Source: Oligoflexia bacterium
Lineage (GTDB): Bacteria; Bdellovibrionota; UBA1018
Length of the DNA: 64,000 bases
Assembly (NCBI GenBank): GCA_963758495.1
Contig: CAVWVI010000003.1
Coordinates: 288,001-352,000 of the forward strand
Direction of reading: 5' to 3'
Position 1 is the stretch's first letter, and each line of letters opens with the position of its first letter. A program made the position numbers and the translations under genes. This document shows, in pieces, positions 28,094 through 38,768 of the stretch. The notes beneath the pieces were generated by a model. The model saw only the letters and a program-made list of their open reading frames with translations, did no database searches and was not told the DNA's origin.

Positions 28094-29761
28094 ATGAAAA
28101 ACAGCAAAAGTTTCGCAATTTCCGTATTTCTTTCAAAGAAGGGCATACATAAAGAAGATTGCATAAAAAAAGAGAAAATTGAAGAATTTAAGGCAGTGAA
28201 AATTCCTCTCAAATCTCAAATCAAAGGTGATTTGTATTTATATTGTCGAAAGTCTCCGATCCCACACTGGTTTGAGTACTTGTCACCAGTCATAAAGAAG
28301 GAGCATCCTCTTTCGAGCCCATTAAAACCCAGCTATTCCAACTCCGGATTGCTTGTTCTGGAATTGCAATCACTTTCGCGATGCGCTATTTTCTCTTTTG
28401 GCTATGGCAAGAGCCTCCTAAGATCAGACTTCATTGAGCCATACTTTGGGAGGAATGTTGTCTTGAACTCCGTTGACCCCTGCAAAATGTTAGCTGCCAA
28501 GAGTAGGTCATATGAGCGTCAGCCAAGGCACAAAGACAATCAAGTTTCAGCTTGCTCGAATTTACACGAGTTCGACCTAAATCTGGAAAATGAAATTCTT
28601 CAGAGAATGACTGGCCAGTATGATGATAGTTTTATTACAAAAGAAGGATTTAATAAGACCACTATTGGCCGGAAGGTATCAGGATATCATTCTTTTGGCT
28701 TCACGACTCGAATTCCAATAGATCGTATCGATCCCTTCCTTAAATGGCTCTTCAAAACTTTTGAAAGCACTAAATATAAAAAGATATTGCCGGACATTGA
28801 TTCGTTCCAGCCGATAATTTCTCAAAAACTCACTTTACAACTAAATCAACTACTATTAAATAAGATTAAAGATTCAAACTCCGACGGGCTCCACCTATCT
28901 ATCCCTAACATGCTAGATCCAATGGAATTTCTAAGAATATCAATCAAAGGGCCCAATGGTAGAGAACTAGGGCAGATAGACTCCAGCACCGTATCTTTGG
29001 ATCAAGTTCAAGAATTTCTATCAAAAGCTGAGAGTTGTAATTTCACTGACACTGAAAACTGGGAGAGGCGCTTCAGAATATTGTGTCATTCCGAGATTGA
29101 TCCGGTTAGGAATCAAAGCTTTAGCATATTTCGATGTATAACCGGGGAAATTGCTTACAATGGAACTACCTATGCTCTTATGGATGGCGATTGGTATGAA
29201 ATCAATAAGAATTTCCTCGATCGCATCATTAAATCCTTAAATAAGTATGTTAGGAAAGGTTTTGCGAGACTTTCAGCTTATGAGGACCTCGACACGACAG
29301 AATTTAATTATAACAAACGACAGGGTATGGAATCTGGATATGAGGTTTTTGACCAAAACGTGGTGAAGCTACGGGGCAAAGGAAGAGTAGAAGTTTGTGA
29401 CCTTCTATGTCAGTCGGGCAAGTTAATTCATGTCAAAAAATACACTGCTTCATCAACTCTGAGTCACCTTTTTTCTCAAGGATTTGTCTCAATCAAAGCT
29501 TTGGTAGAAGATGCTACATTTAGAAAAACATTCTTGGATAAAATTTCCGACCAAAAGTTAAGAAAGAAAATGGAATCCTCTTTAAAAAGAAGAACGGTTC
29601 CCGTTGTCTTTGCCATCCTAATTAAAGAGTCCTCTCATCACAAGGAAGAGAAAAAAATCGAGAATCTCCCTGCATTTAGCATTGTAAATCTCTTCAAATT
29701 TGCCAGGGACATTGAGACTCTAGGATTTAAGCCGGTCGTTCAGTTCGTTTTCCAATCTTAA
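28094..29761 (+). CDS. TIGR04141/DUF6119-like sporadically distributed protein
   Basis: FGYGKSLL...IE..FG..V.LN, DGDWY, E..YN, VEVCDLL..LIHVK...SSTLSHLFSQG. Confidence 0.78.
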   Translation: MKNSKSFAISVFLSKKGIHKEDCIKKEKIEEFKAVKIPLKSQIKGDLYLYCRKSPIPHWFEYLSPVIKKEHPLSSPLKPSYSNSGLLVLELQSLSRCAIFSFGYGKSLLRSDFIEPYFGRNVVLNSVDPCKMLAAKSRSYERQPRHKDNQVSACSNLHEFDLNLENEILQRMTGQYDDSFITKEGFNKTTIGRKVSGYHSFGFTTRIPIDRIDPFLKWLFKTFESTKYKKILPDIDSFQPIISQKLTLQLNQLLLNKIKDSNSDGLHLSIPNMLDPMEFLRISIKGPNGRELGQIDSSTVSLDQVQEFLSKAESCNFTDTENWERRFRILCHSEIDPVRNQSFSIFRCITGEIAYNGTTYALMDGDWYEINKNFLDRIIKSLNKYVRKGFARLSAYEDLDTTEFNYNKRQGMESGYEVFDQNVVKLRGKGRVEVCDLLCQSGKLIHVKKYTASSTLSHLFSQGFVSIKALVEDATFRKTFLDKISDQKLRKKMESSLKRRTVPVVFAILIKESSHHKEEKKIENLPAFSIVNLFKFARDIETLGFKPVVQFVFQS

Positions 29762-30022
29762 GATCCTAGTGAGAGTATCTCAATCACTCAAGAGGTACTC
29801 TCACAATTTCGTAATTGTAGTCTTGCCAAACCACAACACTTGTTCTTTCAGGGTATCAAAGTCTCATAACTTCTTTCCCATTCAACGATGAATCGTATGT
29901 TCTTAAACGCTTAGATTCTAGTAAACATTCATTTTACTTATCAGGACTGTTAAATGTGTCCTAAATGACATTTTTTATTTATTACATCAAGTTCACACCT
30001 GATTTACCCGACTTTAATGTAG

Positions 30023-31042
30023 GTGAAGATCATATTCTTCTTATTAGTGCTCTTTCCCACTATTGCTTATAGTGCTGACTGGTTTTGTAAAGAAGGTGGG
30101 TCATCCTGGAACGAAAACATGCTTACGGTATGTGGAATCGGTGAGGCTAAGACCGAGGAAGATGCCAAGATTGCAGCGCTAAGAAATGCCGCTCAAGAAT
30201 TTAAGGAACTATGTTTGCAGTCAGCAGATTGCCGTAATCATGATTCAAGAATTGACCCTAAACGCACTGATTGCGAACGAATAAATGGGACATACAAATG
30301 CTATCGTGCATTTAGGTACGAAATCATCGATAAAATTTCACCTACCGCTTTTGATGAGTACCAAAAAAAACTCCTGGATGAGGAGATAGACCTAAGTGAA
30401 AAAAAATTACAGGAAATGCGTGCTATCAAGGAACGCGAGCAAAAACTTGCGGACCTAAATAAAAAGATAAATAGCGGTAATGTCAGTGAGGACAAGACAA
30501 TTGACTCATCTGACCAAACGCCCTTCAGGGGTATCTCAAGCGGGTTTGATATAGGATTTGATTTTCTGAGCATTAGTTCAGCGGCATTTAGTGGTGAAGG
30601 AGTGTTCTTTTCTGCAGGTTTGAGCTTACAATACCGGGTTGAAGGCTATGGTGATGTTGAGATTGGAGGAAATCTTGACATAGCTTTCCCAACTTCAAGT
30701 AGTTCAACTGGTTCCCCATTTTCATTTGCCACACCTAGTTCAATTGTTACAACTGGCTCTGATTATTATCTTATGATTCCAATGTACTTAAGGGTTTACA
30801 ATAGCTCTGACAATGCGGACAATTCAGCTTTTTTTGTTGCTCCAGAAGTGAGAACTTATCAATATCAAGGATTGTCACGGACTGGTGTTGGGGCATCATT
30901 TGGATGGAAAACTGTTGGAAAAAGATCTAAGGGGGTAGCAGATGCTGTTTCTTTTCGAATTGGAGCTTCCAATCTTATCGACCCATCTGGTCTGCCGCCA
31001 GTTTTTTCCGTCTTTTTAACATGGCCTATAATACCTCTATGA
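30023..31042 (+). CDS. Exported protein: Cys-rich N-domain, coiled coil, beta-strand-rich C-domain
   Basis: Signal peptide AYSA; GIGEAKTEEDAKIAALRNA. Confidence 0.6.
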   Translation: MKIIFFLLVLFPTIAYSADWFCKEGGSSWNENMLTVCGIGEAKTEEDAKIAALRNAAQEFKELCLQSADCRNHDSRIDPKRTDCERINGTYKCYRAFRYEIIDKISPTAFDEYQKKLLDEEIDLSEKKLQEMRAIKEREQKLADLNKKINSGNVSEDKTIDSSDQTPFRGISSGFDIGFDFLSISSAAFSGEGVFFSAGLSLQYRVEGYGDVEIGGNLDIAFPTSSSSTGSPFSFATPSSIVTTGSDYYLMIPMYLRVYNSSDNADNSAFFVAPEVRTYQYQGLSRTGVGASFGWKTVGKRSKGVADAVSFRIGASNLIDPSGLPPVFSVFLTWPIIPL

Positions 31043-31977
31043 AAATCTACCGGCGCGTGATTGTTTTATCTCGTCATTTTTTCTGTATTCTACTCCTTCT
31101 GCTTTCAACTGCTTGTAACACCGTTAGGGTTAGTCAAAAGATATCTTACTATTTGAAACCTTTAAAAGCCCCATGTATAGAAGGACCGTTGAAAATTGAT
31201 TATCGACATCAGAATAGTATTTGGTCTGATGCATCATTTATAGTGATTCAAAATACTTCATCTGAAACAGTCAGACTCGATTTGGAAACCTTATCCATCT
31301 TTCAGGATGGGGTATTGATTCCGAATATTGACTTTGAAAATAACCCAAACACAACTAAGACATTAAAAATTTCGAATTCTATCGCGGATACTAGTACCCA
31401 TATGGAAGATATATCAGGCTACTATTTGCAAAACTCATTTGGAAATAACTTCTCCGCTCAAAATAGCACTGAATTCAAAAATCGACGCTTCCTCTTTATT
31501 ATCCCAGATGGGACTGTGTTTCTTCGCATAGCCGACATTCCAAATCAGAACTACAATAGAGTGCTGAACAATTTCAAAGCAACCTACGAGAACATGAAAG
31601 ATGATACTGAGTCTACGCCTGAAGAGCCTGTTGAAATGATAAGACAGAAAAAAGAACACGAAGAGTCTCAAGATGGGCCGAAGGTTACTCCATTCAATAA
31701 AAAGGCTTCTCTTTTTAAGAGCTTTCTCTCCCTTCTTACGTCGAAGAAAGTAGAAATTCAGATGGATCTGCTGATTACCTACAAAAAGTTAAACTCAGAA
31801 CAGACTGAACTATCGTGTTCCAAATTTCAGATTAGAAATGCCGAAGAAATCCTACTTGAAGAGAATGATACCAGCTATTCTATTAAGAAGCATAAGTATC
31901 CTGACTCCAGATTGCTCGGCATTTCGAGCCAAGACCGTACTATTTTTGAAAAAGTACTCACTACTCTCTTGAAATGA
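31021..31977 (+). CDS. Hypothetical lipoprotein
   Basis: Lipobox STAC; 318-aa ORF. Confidence 0.55.
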   Translation: MAYNTSMKIYRRVIVLSRHFFCILLLLLSTACNTVRVSQKISYYLKPLKAPCIEGPLKIDYRHQNSIWSDASFIVIQNTSSETVRLDLETLSIFQDGVLIPNIDFENNPNTTKTLKISNSIADTSTHMEDISGYYLQNSFGNNFSAQNSTEFKNRRFLFIIPDGTVFLRIADIPNQNYNRVLNNFKATYENMKDDTESTPEEPVEMIRQKKEHEESQDGPKVTPFNKKASLFKSFLSLLTSKKVEIQMDLLITYKKLNSEQTELSCSKFQIRNAEEILLEENDTSYSIKKHKYPDSRLLGISSQDRTIFEKVLTTLLK

Positions 31978-31993
31978 CCGTTTTAAACCTGAT

Positions 31994-34207
31994 TTAGGAT
32001 TTAGATCTTGCGGCACATCCACATGATGTTCGTGACCTGCTGGCCAGCTTAGACGCAAGTACCTTAGTTTCTTGTCCACAGTCACATAGACACCGCCAAA
32101 TGTAACCTTTTGATGTTTTGCCAATTATCTTAACTGCCACTAATCTCCCGAATCTGACGCCGGCCAAGCGTAAAGATCTATCCCCTCTAGGAAATTGATT
32201 GGAATATTCTTTCGCAAATTCCGCTCTATATTGTTTTTTCTTGGGGCTTAAATAGGTCGTTAATACTATTGCTAGACGGGATTCATCCAAGTTTTCGCTG
32301 TTATGTCGTGGACGCCGCCCATATTTCTTAGAGAAATACCAAATACTTCTTATGTTCTCTTCTACTGTATTCTTCCCATGTCCTACTTTTCTTACCCATT
32401 TTGCGAATTTTGGATCAAACATGGGACTTTTCGCGTTTGAATATCGCGAAACCGCCTCTGCAAGTTTCTTTTCGGAATTGGGAATTCTTTTTGGAAGCCT
32501 ATGGTGAATTCTGTAGAAGTCTCGAATTTCTCGCTTAGCTCGTCTTGGATCTGGTTTAGGACAACAAACCGGACATGGCTTGTGGGGTTCTCGAGAATTT
32601 GGGCTAGCATAGAACTCATGACTAAGTTTACATATCCACCAATATTTCTTTCCGGAGCTTGGCAGGACATCTGTAGGCAGAACATCCTTATTCTTCTTGT
32701 AATGCCACTCTTCGGCTATTTTGGGATGAATAATTTTCAAATTGTATTCAGTACTAGGTCGGCGCTTCTCACAAAATGGACAGTTGTGGCTTTTTGACCT
32801 TGAGTTGGGACTCTGCTGCCACTCATGACCCTTAACGCATTTCCACCAATATTTTTTGCCCGTGCTCGGAAAAACATCTGCCGGATTTAACCTCCCGTTT
32901 TTCTCAGAATGCCATTGTTTAGCCAATTTTGGAAAAACTGCTGCCAAAGAGTATGCCTCAGTAATTCGCCGTCTTGAGCAAAAAGGACACTTTGGATTTC
33001 TAACTCTTTGGTTGGGGCTTGAAAACCAAATATGATCTTTGTTTTCACTACACTTCCACCAAAACTTTTTATTTGACCGCGCGACAACTTGATCTGGTGT
33101 AACAGCGCAATTCCTAATTTGATACCATTCCTCCGATAAATTCGGAGCCAGTACTTTCAGATTGTTTTGTGGAGAAGGTCGCTTCCCAGCACAATACGGG
33201 CACCCGTTAACTCTTCTTTCTGAAGGTGATGCCTCCCACTCGTGGCCAATTTTGCACTGCCACCACACGCCCACGTTAGATCCAACACTCAATTGATTTG
33301 GAGTAAGAGGTAAATTTTTGTCAATAACCCATTCTTTGACAAGATTTGGGGCTGCCTCCTTTAGACTTCTGCCCAAAGTCGGATTCGAAATATTCTGAAC
33401 TAAATCAAGGAATCTCTTGGGACTTTGGAACTCAGAGTAGGTGAAATAGGCTTTGATCTTGGAGCTTGGAGCAATTTTTGAAACTGCACGCAAGGTCCTT
33501 TTGACCAAGTCAATATCTGGCTTGGTCTCTTGACGTTTGGTCATTAGCACGTCATGTCTTCCAATAGCTTTAAGCCCCTGCCCCCGAATACGAAGCAACT
33601 TAATGCAGAGTTTTTCCAACATTGAATTTTTTGAGCTATCTTGGTCATATCTGTCTCGATGGAAAAAATTTCCATCGATTTCGATTCCAAGGTTTATTTC
33701 TGGAATAAACAGATCACACTCAATATTTCCAAATCGTTTCCGGTGTTCGACTTTATCAAAGACCGTCTCCAGTTCAGCCAATAGTCTTAGTTCTACTATG
33801 GAAGTTTGGTTTCTACATACCGGGCATCCTCTCCCCACAGTGCGATCAGCAATCCTTGCTCTATAAGAGTGCCCCTTAGGACAATTCCACCATACAGCTC
33901 GTCCGCTTCGTTTCGTCACAGCTCCCGGTATCAATCCTTCGTTTTTTCTTTGGTCCCATTCTTTAGCCAACTCAGGAAAATTGATTTCAAACGAGTTTTC
34001 TTGGGTAACATCTTTTCCGGCACATCCAGCACACCAATATCCGCTGAAGAGATTATTAGCATTCATCGCAAAATGGTGCCCGTATTCACACCTGAATGAC
34101 AATTTAATATGCGCGTTTTGGTAGGTTTCGCTCAAACAGCGACCACCTTTTTTTTCGGATTCCGTCCTGATCACATCAAGCCATTTTTCTTTCGAATACC
34201 TTCTCAT
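31994..34207 (-). CDS. Multi zinc-ribbon (DUF4379-like) protein with DUF559/Vsr-like nuclease domain
   Basis: Five P.LAKEW...KN...WW.C..GH.W.....R....CP.C units; ECDLFIPEINLGIEIDGNFFH; C-terminal FGRL...WRCLCDCG...SCGC. Confidence 0.8.
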   Translation of the reverse strand: MRRYSKEKWLDVIRTESEKKGGRCLSETYQNAHIKLSFRCEYGHHFAMNANNLFSGYWCAGCAGKDVTQENSFEINFPELAKEWDQRKNEGLIPGAVTKRSGRAVWWNCPKGHSYRARIADRTVGRGCPVCRNQTSIVELRLLAELETVFDKVEHRKRFGNIECDLFIPEINLGIEIDGNFFHRDRYDQDSSKNSMLEKLCIKLLRIRGQGLKAIGRHDVLMTKRQETKPDIDLVKRTLRAVSKIAPSSKIKAYFTYSEFQSPKRFLDLVQNISNPTLGRSLKEAAPNLVKEWVIDKNLPLTPNQLSVGSNVGVWWQCKIGHEWEASPSERRVNGCPYCAGKRPSPQNNLKVLAPNLSEEWYQIRNCAVTPDQVVARSNKKFWWKCSENKDHIWFSSPNQRVRNPKCPFCSRRRITEAYSLAAVFPKLAKQWHSEKNGRLNPADVFPSTGKKYWWKCVKGHEWQQSPNSRSKSHNCPFCEKRRPSTEYNLKIIHPKIAEEWHYKKNKDVLPTDVLPSSGKKYWWICKLSHEFYASPNSREPHKPCPVCCPKPDPRRAKREIRDFYRIHHRLPKRIPNSEKKLAEAVSRYSNAKSPMFDPKFAKWVRKVGHGKNTVEENIRSIWYFSKKYGRRPRHNSENLDESRLAIVLTTYLSPKKKQYRAEFAKEYSNQFPRGDRSLRLAGVRFGRLVAVKIIGKTSKGYIWRCLCDCGQETKVLASKLASRSRTSCGCAARSKS

Positions 34208-34283
34208 CCGCCGTCCGCCTAATTAAATAGAAGTCTATCACCTTCAATATCACGAAGCTAAGGTCTGCGATGTTACATAAACT

Positions 34284-35207
34284 CTAATTAGAAACTTGTT
34301 CCCATTTGCCATTTACACATCGACCGATATGATATCCAATTTTTGCAATAGGGGGCATACCGCAGTTAAGAACTTCACTCCCACTCGGCATCTGCAAAGT
34401 AGGCTGTGAAAACATGGGGGTCACATCGACATGACCGGCTGGTTCCCGTCGAACATTGAATGCTCCTTGGAATTTTTCTCCAGCCTTTTGCATTTGTGAA
34501 AGAAACTTCTCATTAGCTTCCCCTTGAGCTCTTTGGAGATCTCGAAAGCGATCATATTCAACTTGTTCTCTTTGCAATCTTAGCTGCTGCTCTCCGTAAT
34601 CACGTTCTGCCTTTGCTGTTTTAATGGTCTCCTCATAGACAATGTCTTCACGAATTCTGCGCATGAGTGAGCAAGCATTCTGATTATCGAGATCACAACC
34701 GTGCCTTGCAAGTTGTTCACCTACTACCTTATCTGACGTCATCCTAGCAGCCTTAATACATCCGTTAGAAATCCCTTTATCGCAAGCTACAGAATATGCA
34801 TTTAAAACTCGAACATCAGCCCTATCTGTCGCAAAAAGCGATTCAGCAAACGAATAGCAGTCTTTTCCAACACCCTTTATACATCCAAGTTCAGCTTTTT
34901 CCATTTTTCCTGGTCGACCGTAACGTTGGCAAGCAATCAAGTCGCCGGTTTTGCAGGCAGACCAGATTTCAGCTTTGGACAGCTTTGAAGCACAGGAATC
35001 ATCAGCCATGCACTTTGTCTGTGATAAGGCACCAATCTCTCTGTCTTTTCTGAGCCGCTCCAAATCTGCGCAAGCAGCCTTCTCTCCCCTTTCGCACCTG
35101 CTCATTAGGTTGACTTCAGCGTCGATACTAAAAGAAGCCGGCATAGCCTCGTGCGAACCTGCCAAAACAAATAGAAAGGCACTTAGCAAGAACTTATAAT
35201 TGCTCAT
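34284..35207 (-). CDS. Exported Sel1/Hcp-like Cys-rich repeat protein
   Basis: Signal peptide; repeated C..G...(A/G)C units. Confidence 0.65.
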   Translation of the reverse strand: MSNYKFLLSAFLFVLAGSHEAMPASFSIDAEVNLMSRCERGEKAACADLERLRKDREIGALSQTKCMADDSCASKLSKAEIWSACKTGDLIACQRYGRPGKMEKAELGCIKGVGKDCYSFAESLFATDRADVRVLNAYSVACDKGISNGCIKAARMTSDKVVGEQLARHGCDLDNQNACSLMRRIREDIVYEETIKTAKAERDYGEQQLRLQREQVEYDRFRDLQRAQGEANEKFLSQMQKAGEKFQGAFNVRREPAGHVDVTPMFSQPTLQMPSGSEVLNCGMPPIAKIGYHIGRCVNGKWEQVSN

Positions 35208-35370
35208 TAAATTAAGTATATTATACGGAAACTAGCGCAATAATGTGTCAGGAAAAACATAGCTTGAGATTTAACCAGAACACCCTGTCCTAACTGTTAT
35301 TACTCAAATTGACAAAATCCGGAATGTACCAATTTTCAGACACACTCCGGATTTTTTCAGACCCTATTTT

Positions 35371-36150
35371 TCAAATAACTCGCCCTTTCAGACGGAACCT
35401 CCTACCCAAATCCTGCAAGAAAAGTAGATTCGAAACCATGACCAGTACCCGAAAGACAACCAAAGTAAAAAGAGTATTCCAAATTACTGAAACACTCGGA
35501 GACTGACCTAACACATCGCGCGATCGTTCCAACTTCTGTCTGAAATCACTCAGACTCTGATCGACTTTCATACCAAGAGTAATTCGATTCACACTAAGGT
35601 AGGTATCTCGAACGTCAGTTTTTTTAGAAATCTCATCTTCAAGTTCTGAAACAATTTTTCTATTTTGCTCAAACTGCATTCTTTGGTGCAGGGCCTTCTG
35701 AATCACACCCCCAGAAACAACCCATATACTATAGGAATAGATTAGGACTACCATGAGTCGGTACAGGAACCGACTCATGGCTGTGTGACCTTTCAACAAA
35801 GAAAACGCTAGAACAGCTCCTTCCAAGATAAACGCCTTGAGATAAGCCGATCCAGAGCTGCCATCAAATTCGGAATAAAACCTAGCAGTCTCTGAAAACA
35901 GAAATCCTGTAATAAGGCCAACTAACAACAACAAGGGAGCTAAACTCCAGGGAATCATCCACTTCCTACGTTTCTCTCTATTTTGCTTTGGCGGCAATTT
36001 ACTACCCGCGTCTGTAGTTTCGAACAGAGAAATAACATTCATTGCAGCCTTGCCCTTAGCTCTATACCTAGTCTTCGCCTTGCTCAAAATCACTTCCTTG
36101 TTCTTCAAATAGTGTTCCCTATTGTATTTTTTCTTTTCAAGATCAGTCAT
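35371..36150 (-). CDS. Membrane protein with basic N-terminus and coiled coil
   Basis: Four TM helices; downstream of parA and the rep-like gene. Confidence 0.6.
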   Translation of the reverse strand: MTDLEKKKYNREHYLKNKEVILSKAKTRYRAKGKAAMNVISLFETTDAGSKLPPKQNREKRRKWMIPWSLAPLLLLVGLITGFLFSETARFYSEFDGSSGSAYLKAFILEGAVLAFSLLKGHTAMSRFLYRLMVVLIYSYSIWVVSGGVIQKALHQRMQFEQNRKIVSELEDEISKKTDVRDTYLSVNRITLGMKVDQSLSDFRQKLERSRDVLGQSPSVSVIWNTLFTLVVFRVLVMVSNLLFLQDLGRRFRLKGRVI

Positions 36151-36164
36151 GACCTACCCCCTTT

Positions 36165-37664
36165 CTACGCAATCTCTTCCGTGACTTGCCGCTGTACTCC
36201 CGACACTCTTTCGCCAGATACCACCTTGCGAAAATGCGAGATCACACAGCTTCTAACAATTGGGCTATTCCACCCAGATTTACGCCAGAATCCACGGACG
36301 TAGTCATTCCCGTCCACTTCCACGGCCTCTTCAACAAAGGCATTGATCTCAGCCTCAGAAGTATAGAAAGCCAGAAACCGATCAGCATCCGCATTCATGT
36401 CGTTTTGCCACTGAGCTTCTTCCTGTTCTTGCTGAATCCTCGCCTTTTCCTTCTGTGCCTGGTCAGCCTTAGCCTTTGCCTCCTTCTCAACCTTCTGTGC
36501 ATGAGCTTCATTCAGGGCTATCTCCTTGGCTTTCCAATTTTGATAGCGGGTAATATTCAGCTTCCAGTGGTTCCGAATCCACACCATCGGGCTATGAATC
36601 TTCCCCTCCTCCCCTTCTTTTCCTGATCCATGCTTTTCAAGGAACTCAACGACGCCACCGCAATTCTCGAACACCTCTGCTCCATGAAATAAAAAAAGTT
36701 CTTCAAAAATCTCTCTCTCGTTTTTTGCCTTTGACCCATATCCAGCTTTTTCAAAGCTCACCCATCTCTGCACTAAATCCTCTGGAAAACTTCCGCTGCC
36801 GAGAGAAGATTCTTTCTTAGATTCTTGAAGAAGATTCTTGGCAGCTGAAATTCCTTTAGGATTTTCAGCACTTTGACCAGATTGCCCCCGGGTCGTTTGC
36901 CCTCCACTTTCTCCGGGTAAATTACCCTGTTTAACACCAGGCGCATTACCAGCAGGATAGTTACCTCCCGGTAAATTGCCCGGAGGTTGTTCCCCTCGTC
37001 CTTTCAAAGAAAAGTAATGAGGATTCAACGCCCAGAAATTAATCAGTCCTGTCTTAATTTTTAGTAGTGCGCCTCTATTCACCAAAGCGTTGAGAGCAAG
37101 CCTAATATTGGATTCGTCCATTCCTGTATCAGTCCTGAAATCTTCAGCTGAGATAGGAGCGAAGGCGACAGGGTTCACTAGTGCGATTGTACGATCAAAG
37201 ACCGTCATGATGAGAGCAACGTCAACCAACTTCAGTCCGTGACGCCCAGGAGACTTCAGCTGCCTGGTAATTCCGTGAGCTTGCTTGCCCCATCCATCCG
37301 CAAGATGGAGCTTGAGCAATGTCTCTTGAACTGCTGAAGACAAACTATGGTTCCCGTCCAATGCAGCTTGAACCATTCTTTCTCGCTTCTTTTTACCCTT
37401 CGCACCGTATACGCGTTCTGGCGCAGAGCTACTTTGTAAATCACCCTCATATAAATTACCCGCAGGCTCTTTACCTCCGGGTTGTGAACTCATGGGTTCC
37501 ATACCCGTAGGTATTTGTCCCCCTGGTTCATTACCTCCGGGCAAATTACCCGGAGGTTGTTCTCCTTCTAGCAATGGTGAGTAGTTTTGAAATTTCTGAA
37601 CTGATCTTGGCTTGCTCGGTTCAATTGCGCCAATCGCGGTTTGAAGGAATGACTTCTTACTCAT
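36165..37664 (-). CDS. Putative replication initiator / ParA partner with winged helix and internal DNA repeats
   Basis: ISAEDF...TGMDESNIRLALNALV.RG.L wHTH; GNLPGG repeats; overlaps the parA stop. Confidence 0.55.
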   Translation of the reverse strand: MSKKSFLQTAIGAIEPSKPRSVQKFQNYSPLLEGEQPPGNLPGGNEPGGQIPTGMEPMSSQPGGKEPAGNLYEGDLQSSSAPERVYGAKGKKKRERMVQAALDGNHSLSSAVQETLLKLHLADGWGKQAHGITRQLKSPGRHGLKLVDVALIMTVFDRTIALVNPVAFAPISAEDFRTDTGMDESNIRLALNALVNRGALLKIKTGLINFWALNPHYFSLKGRGEQPPGNLPGGNYPAGNAPGVKQGNLPGESGGQTTRGQSGQSAENPKGISAAKNLLQESKKESSLGSGSFPEDLVQRWVSFEKAGYGSKAKNEREIFEELFLFHGAEVFENCGGVVEFLEKHGSGKEGEEGKIHSPMVWIRNHWKLNITRYQNWKAKEIALNEAHAQKVEKEAKAKADQAQKEKARIQQEQEEAQWQNDMNADADRFLAFYTSEAEINAFVEEAVEVDGNDYVRGFWRKSGWNSPIVRSCVISHFRKVVSGERVSGVQRQVTEEIA

Positions 37665-38505
37665 GACTCACCCCCTGAGAAGCGCCTTTATTCCCAGAAG
37701 AAAGGGTATGAACTTCTGCCAAGGGCGACTTCATGTTCAAACGCTGTAAAACCTCATCAGCAAGCCTGAGATAGTCTTCTGCACCAGAACTCTGTGGAGC
37801 GTGATGAAAGATCGTACGACCTAATGCAGGGGCCTCTCGGAGCTTTACAGAGCGACGAATCTTAGTCTCAAAGACCTGATCTCCGAAATTCTCAACTAAG
37901 TTATCCAGAATATCGCTGCTAATCCGAGTCGAATCGCAGAGAGTCAGAAGATAGCCCAGGATTTGTAATTTCGGATTCGTAGCGTTCCGAATTTCTTCAA
38001 TTTCTCCAAGGAGTGACTTAATTCCCTGCAGTGCGAAGACGCCTGAATCCACAGGGATAATCAGGTAATCAGCTGCATTAAGAACAGAATTGAGGAGCGG
38101 TCCAAAGGTTGGAGCCGTGTCTATTAAGATCAACCCATACTTTTCTTTGAGTCGTTCTATTCTTTGAGCGAACCTCATCTCGCTATTAGTCATTCCGATC
38201 ATTTCTCGTTCAACCTGAGCCAGCAAGGGTGTTGCCGGAATGATATCGATGCCATCCTCGCCGCAATAGGTTGCAAGATCTACCTGTAAGCCGCGGTTGC
38301 GAATCAGGTCACCGACCGAATACTTCACTGCATCCACATTGATTGCTGACGCTTGAGTGGTGTTTGCTTGGGGGTCAAAATCAATCGTCAGGTGCCGAAA
38401 GTTTCGGCTACCCCTCATCCGCAATGCCTGAGCAAGATTAACTGTCGTTGTGGTTTTTCCTACGCCGCCTTTTTGATTCGCAATTGCGATCACTGGACAT
38501 TTCAT
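37657..38505 (-). CDS. parA: ParA/Soj ATPase
   Basis: NQKGGVGKTTT, DFDPQAN, IDTAP, IRRSVKLREAP. Confidence 0.95.
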   Translation of the reverse strand: MKCPVIAIANQKGGVGKTTTTVNLAQALRMRGSRNFRHLTIDFDPQANTTQASAINVDAVKYSVGDLIRNRGLQVDLATYCGEDGIDIIPATPLLAQVEREMIGMTNSEMRFAQRIERLKEKYGLILIDTAPTFGPLLNSVLNAADYLIIPVDSGVFALQGIKSLLGEIEEIRNATNPKLQILGYLLTLCDSTRISSDILDNLVENFGDQVFETKIRRSVKLREAPALGRTIFHHAPQSSGAEDYLRLADEVLQRLNMKSPLAEVHTLSSGNKGASQGVSHE

Positions 38506-38666
38506 TTTTATTCCTCAAAGTAGGTTGACAGCACCGGGTCTCTTACCTAACAATGAGAAAAGAGAACGGCGGTGCAGGCACTCAAAGTTAAGTGCCGCTG
38601 GTTTTCGGTTAGAAATCAGTGACGGTGATCTGAAATTTCTGCCACTGATCCAGGGATCAAAAGATT

Positions 38667-38696
38667 AAAGCTCGAGGCGCCTACCTCGGGCTTTTT
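38667..38696 (+). terminator. Intrinsic terminator hairpin, possibly bidirectional
   Basis: aaagctcgagg-cgccta-cctcgggcttttt. Confidence 0.7.
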
Positions 38697-38768
38697 CATT
38701 TATGGAGGGTCCATGTCATCCCCCCTAAGAATGTCCGCTTGATGAGTTGTTTCGTTACTCAAATTAGT

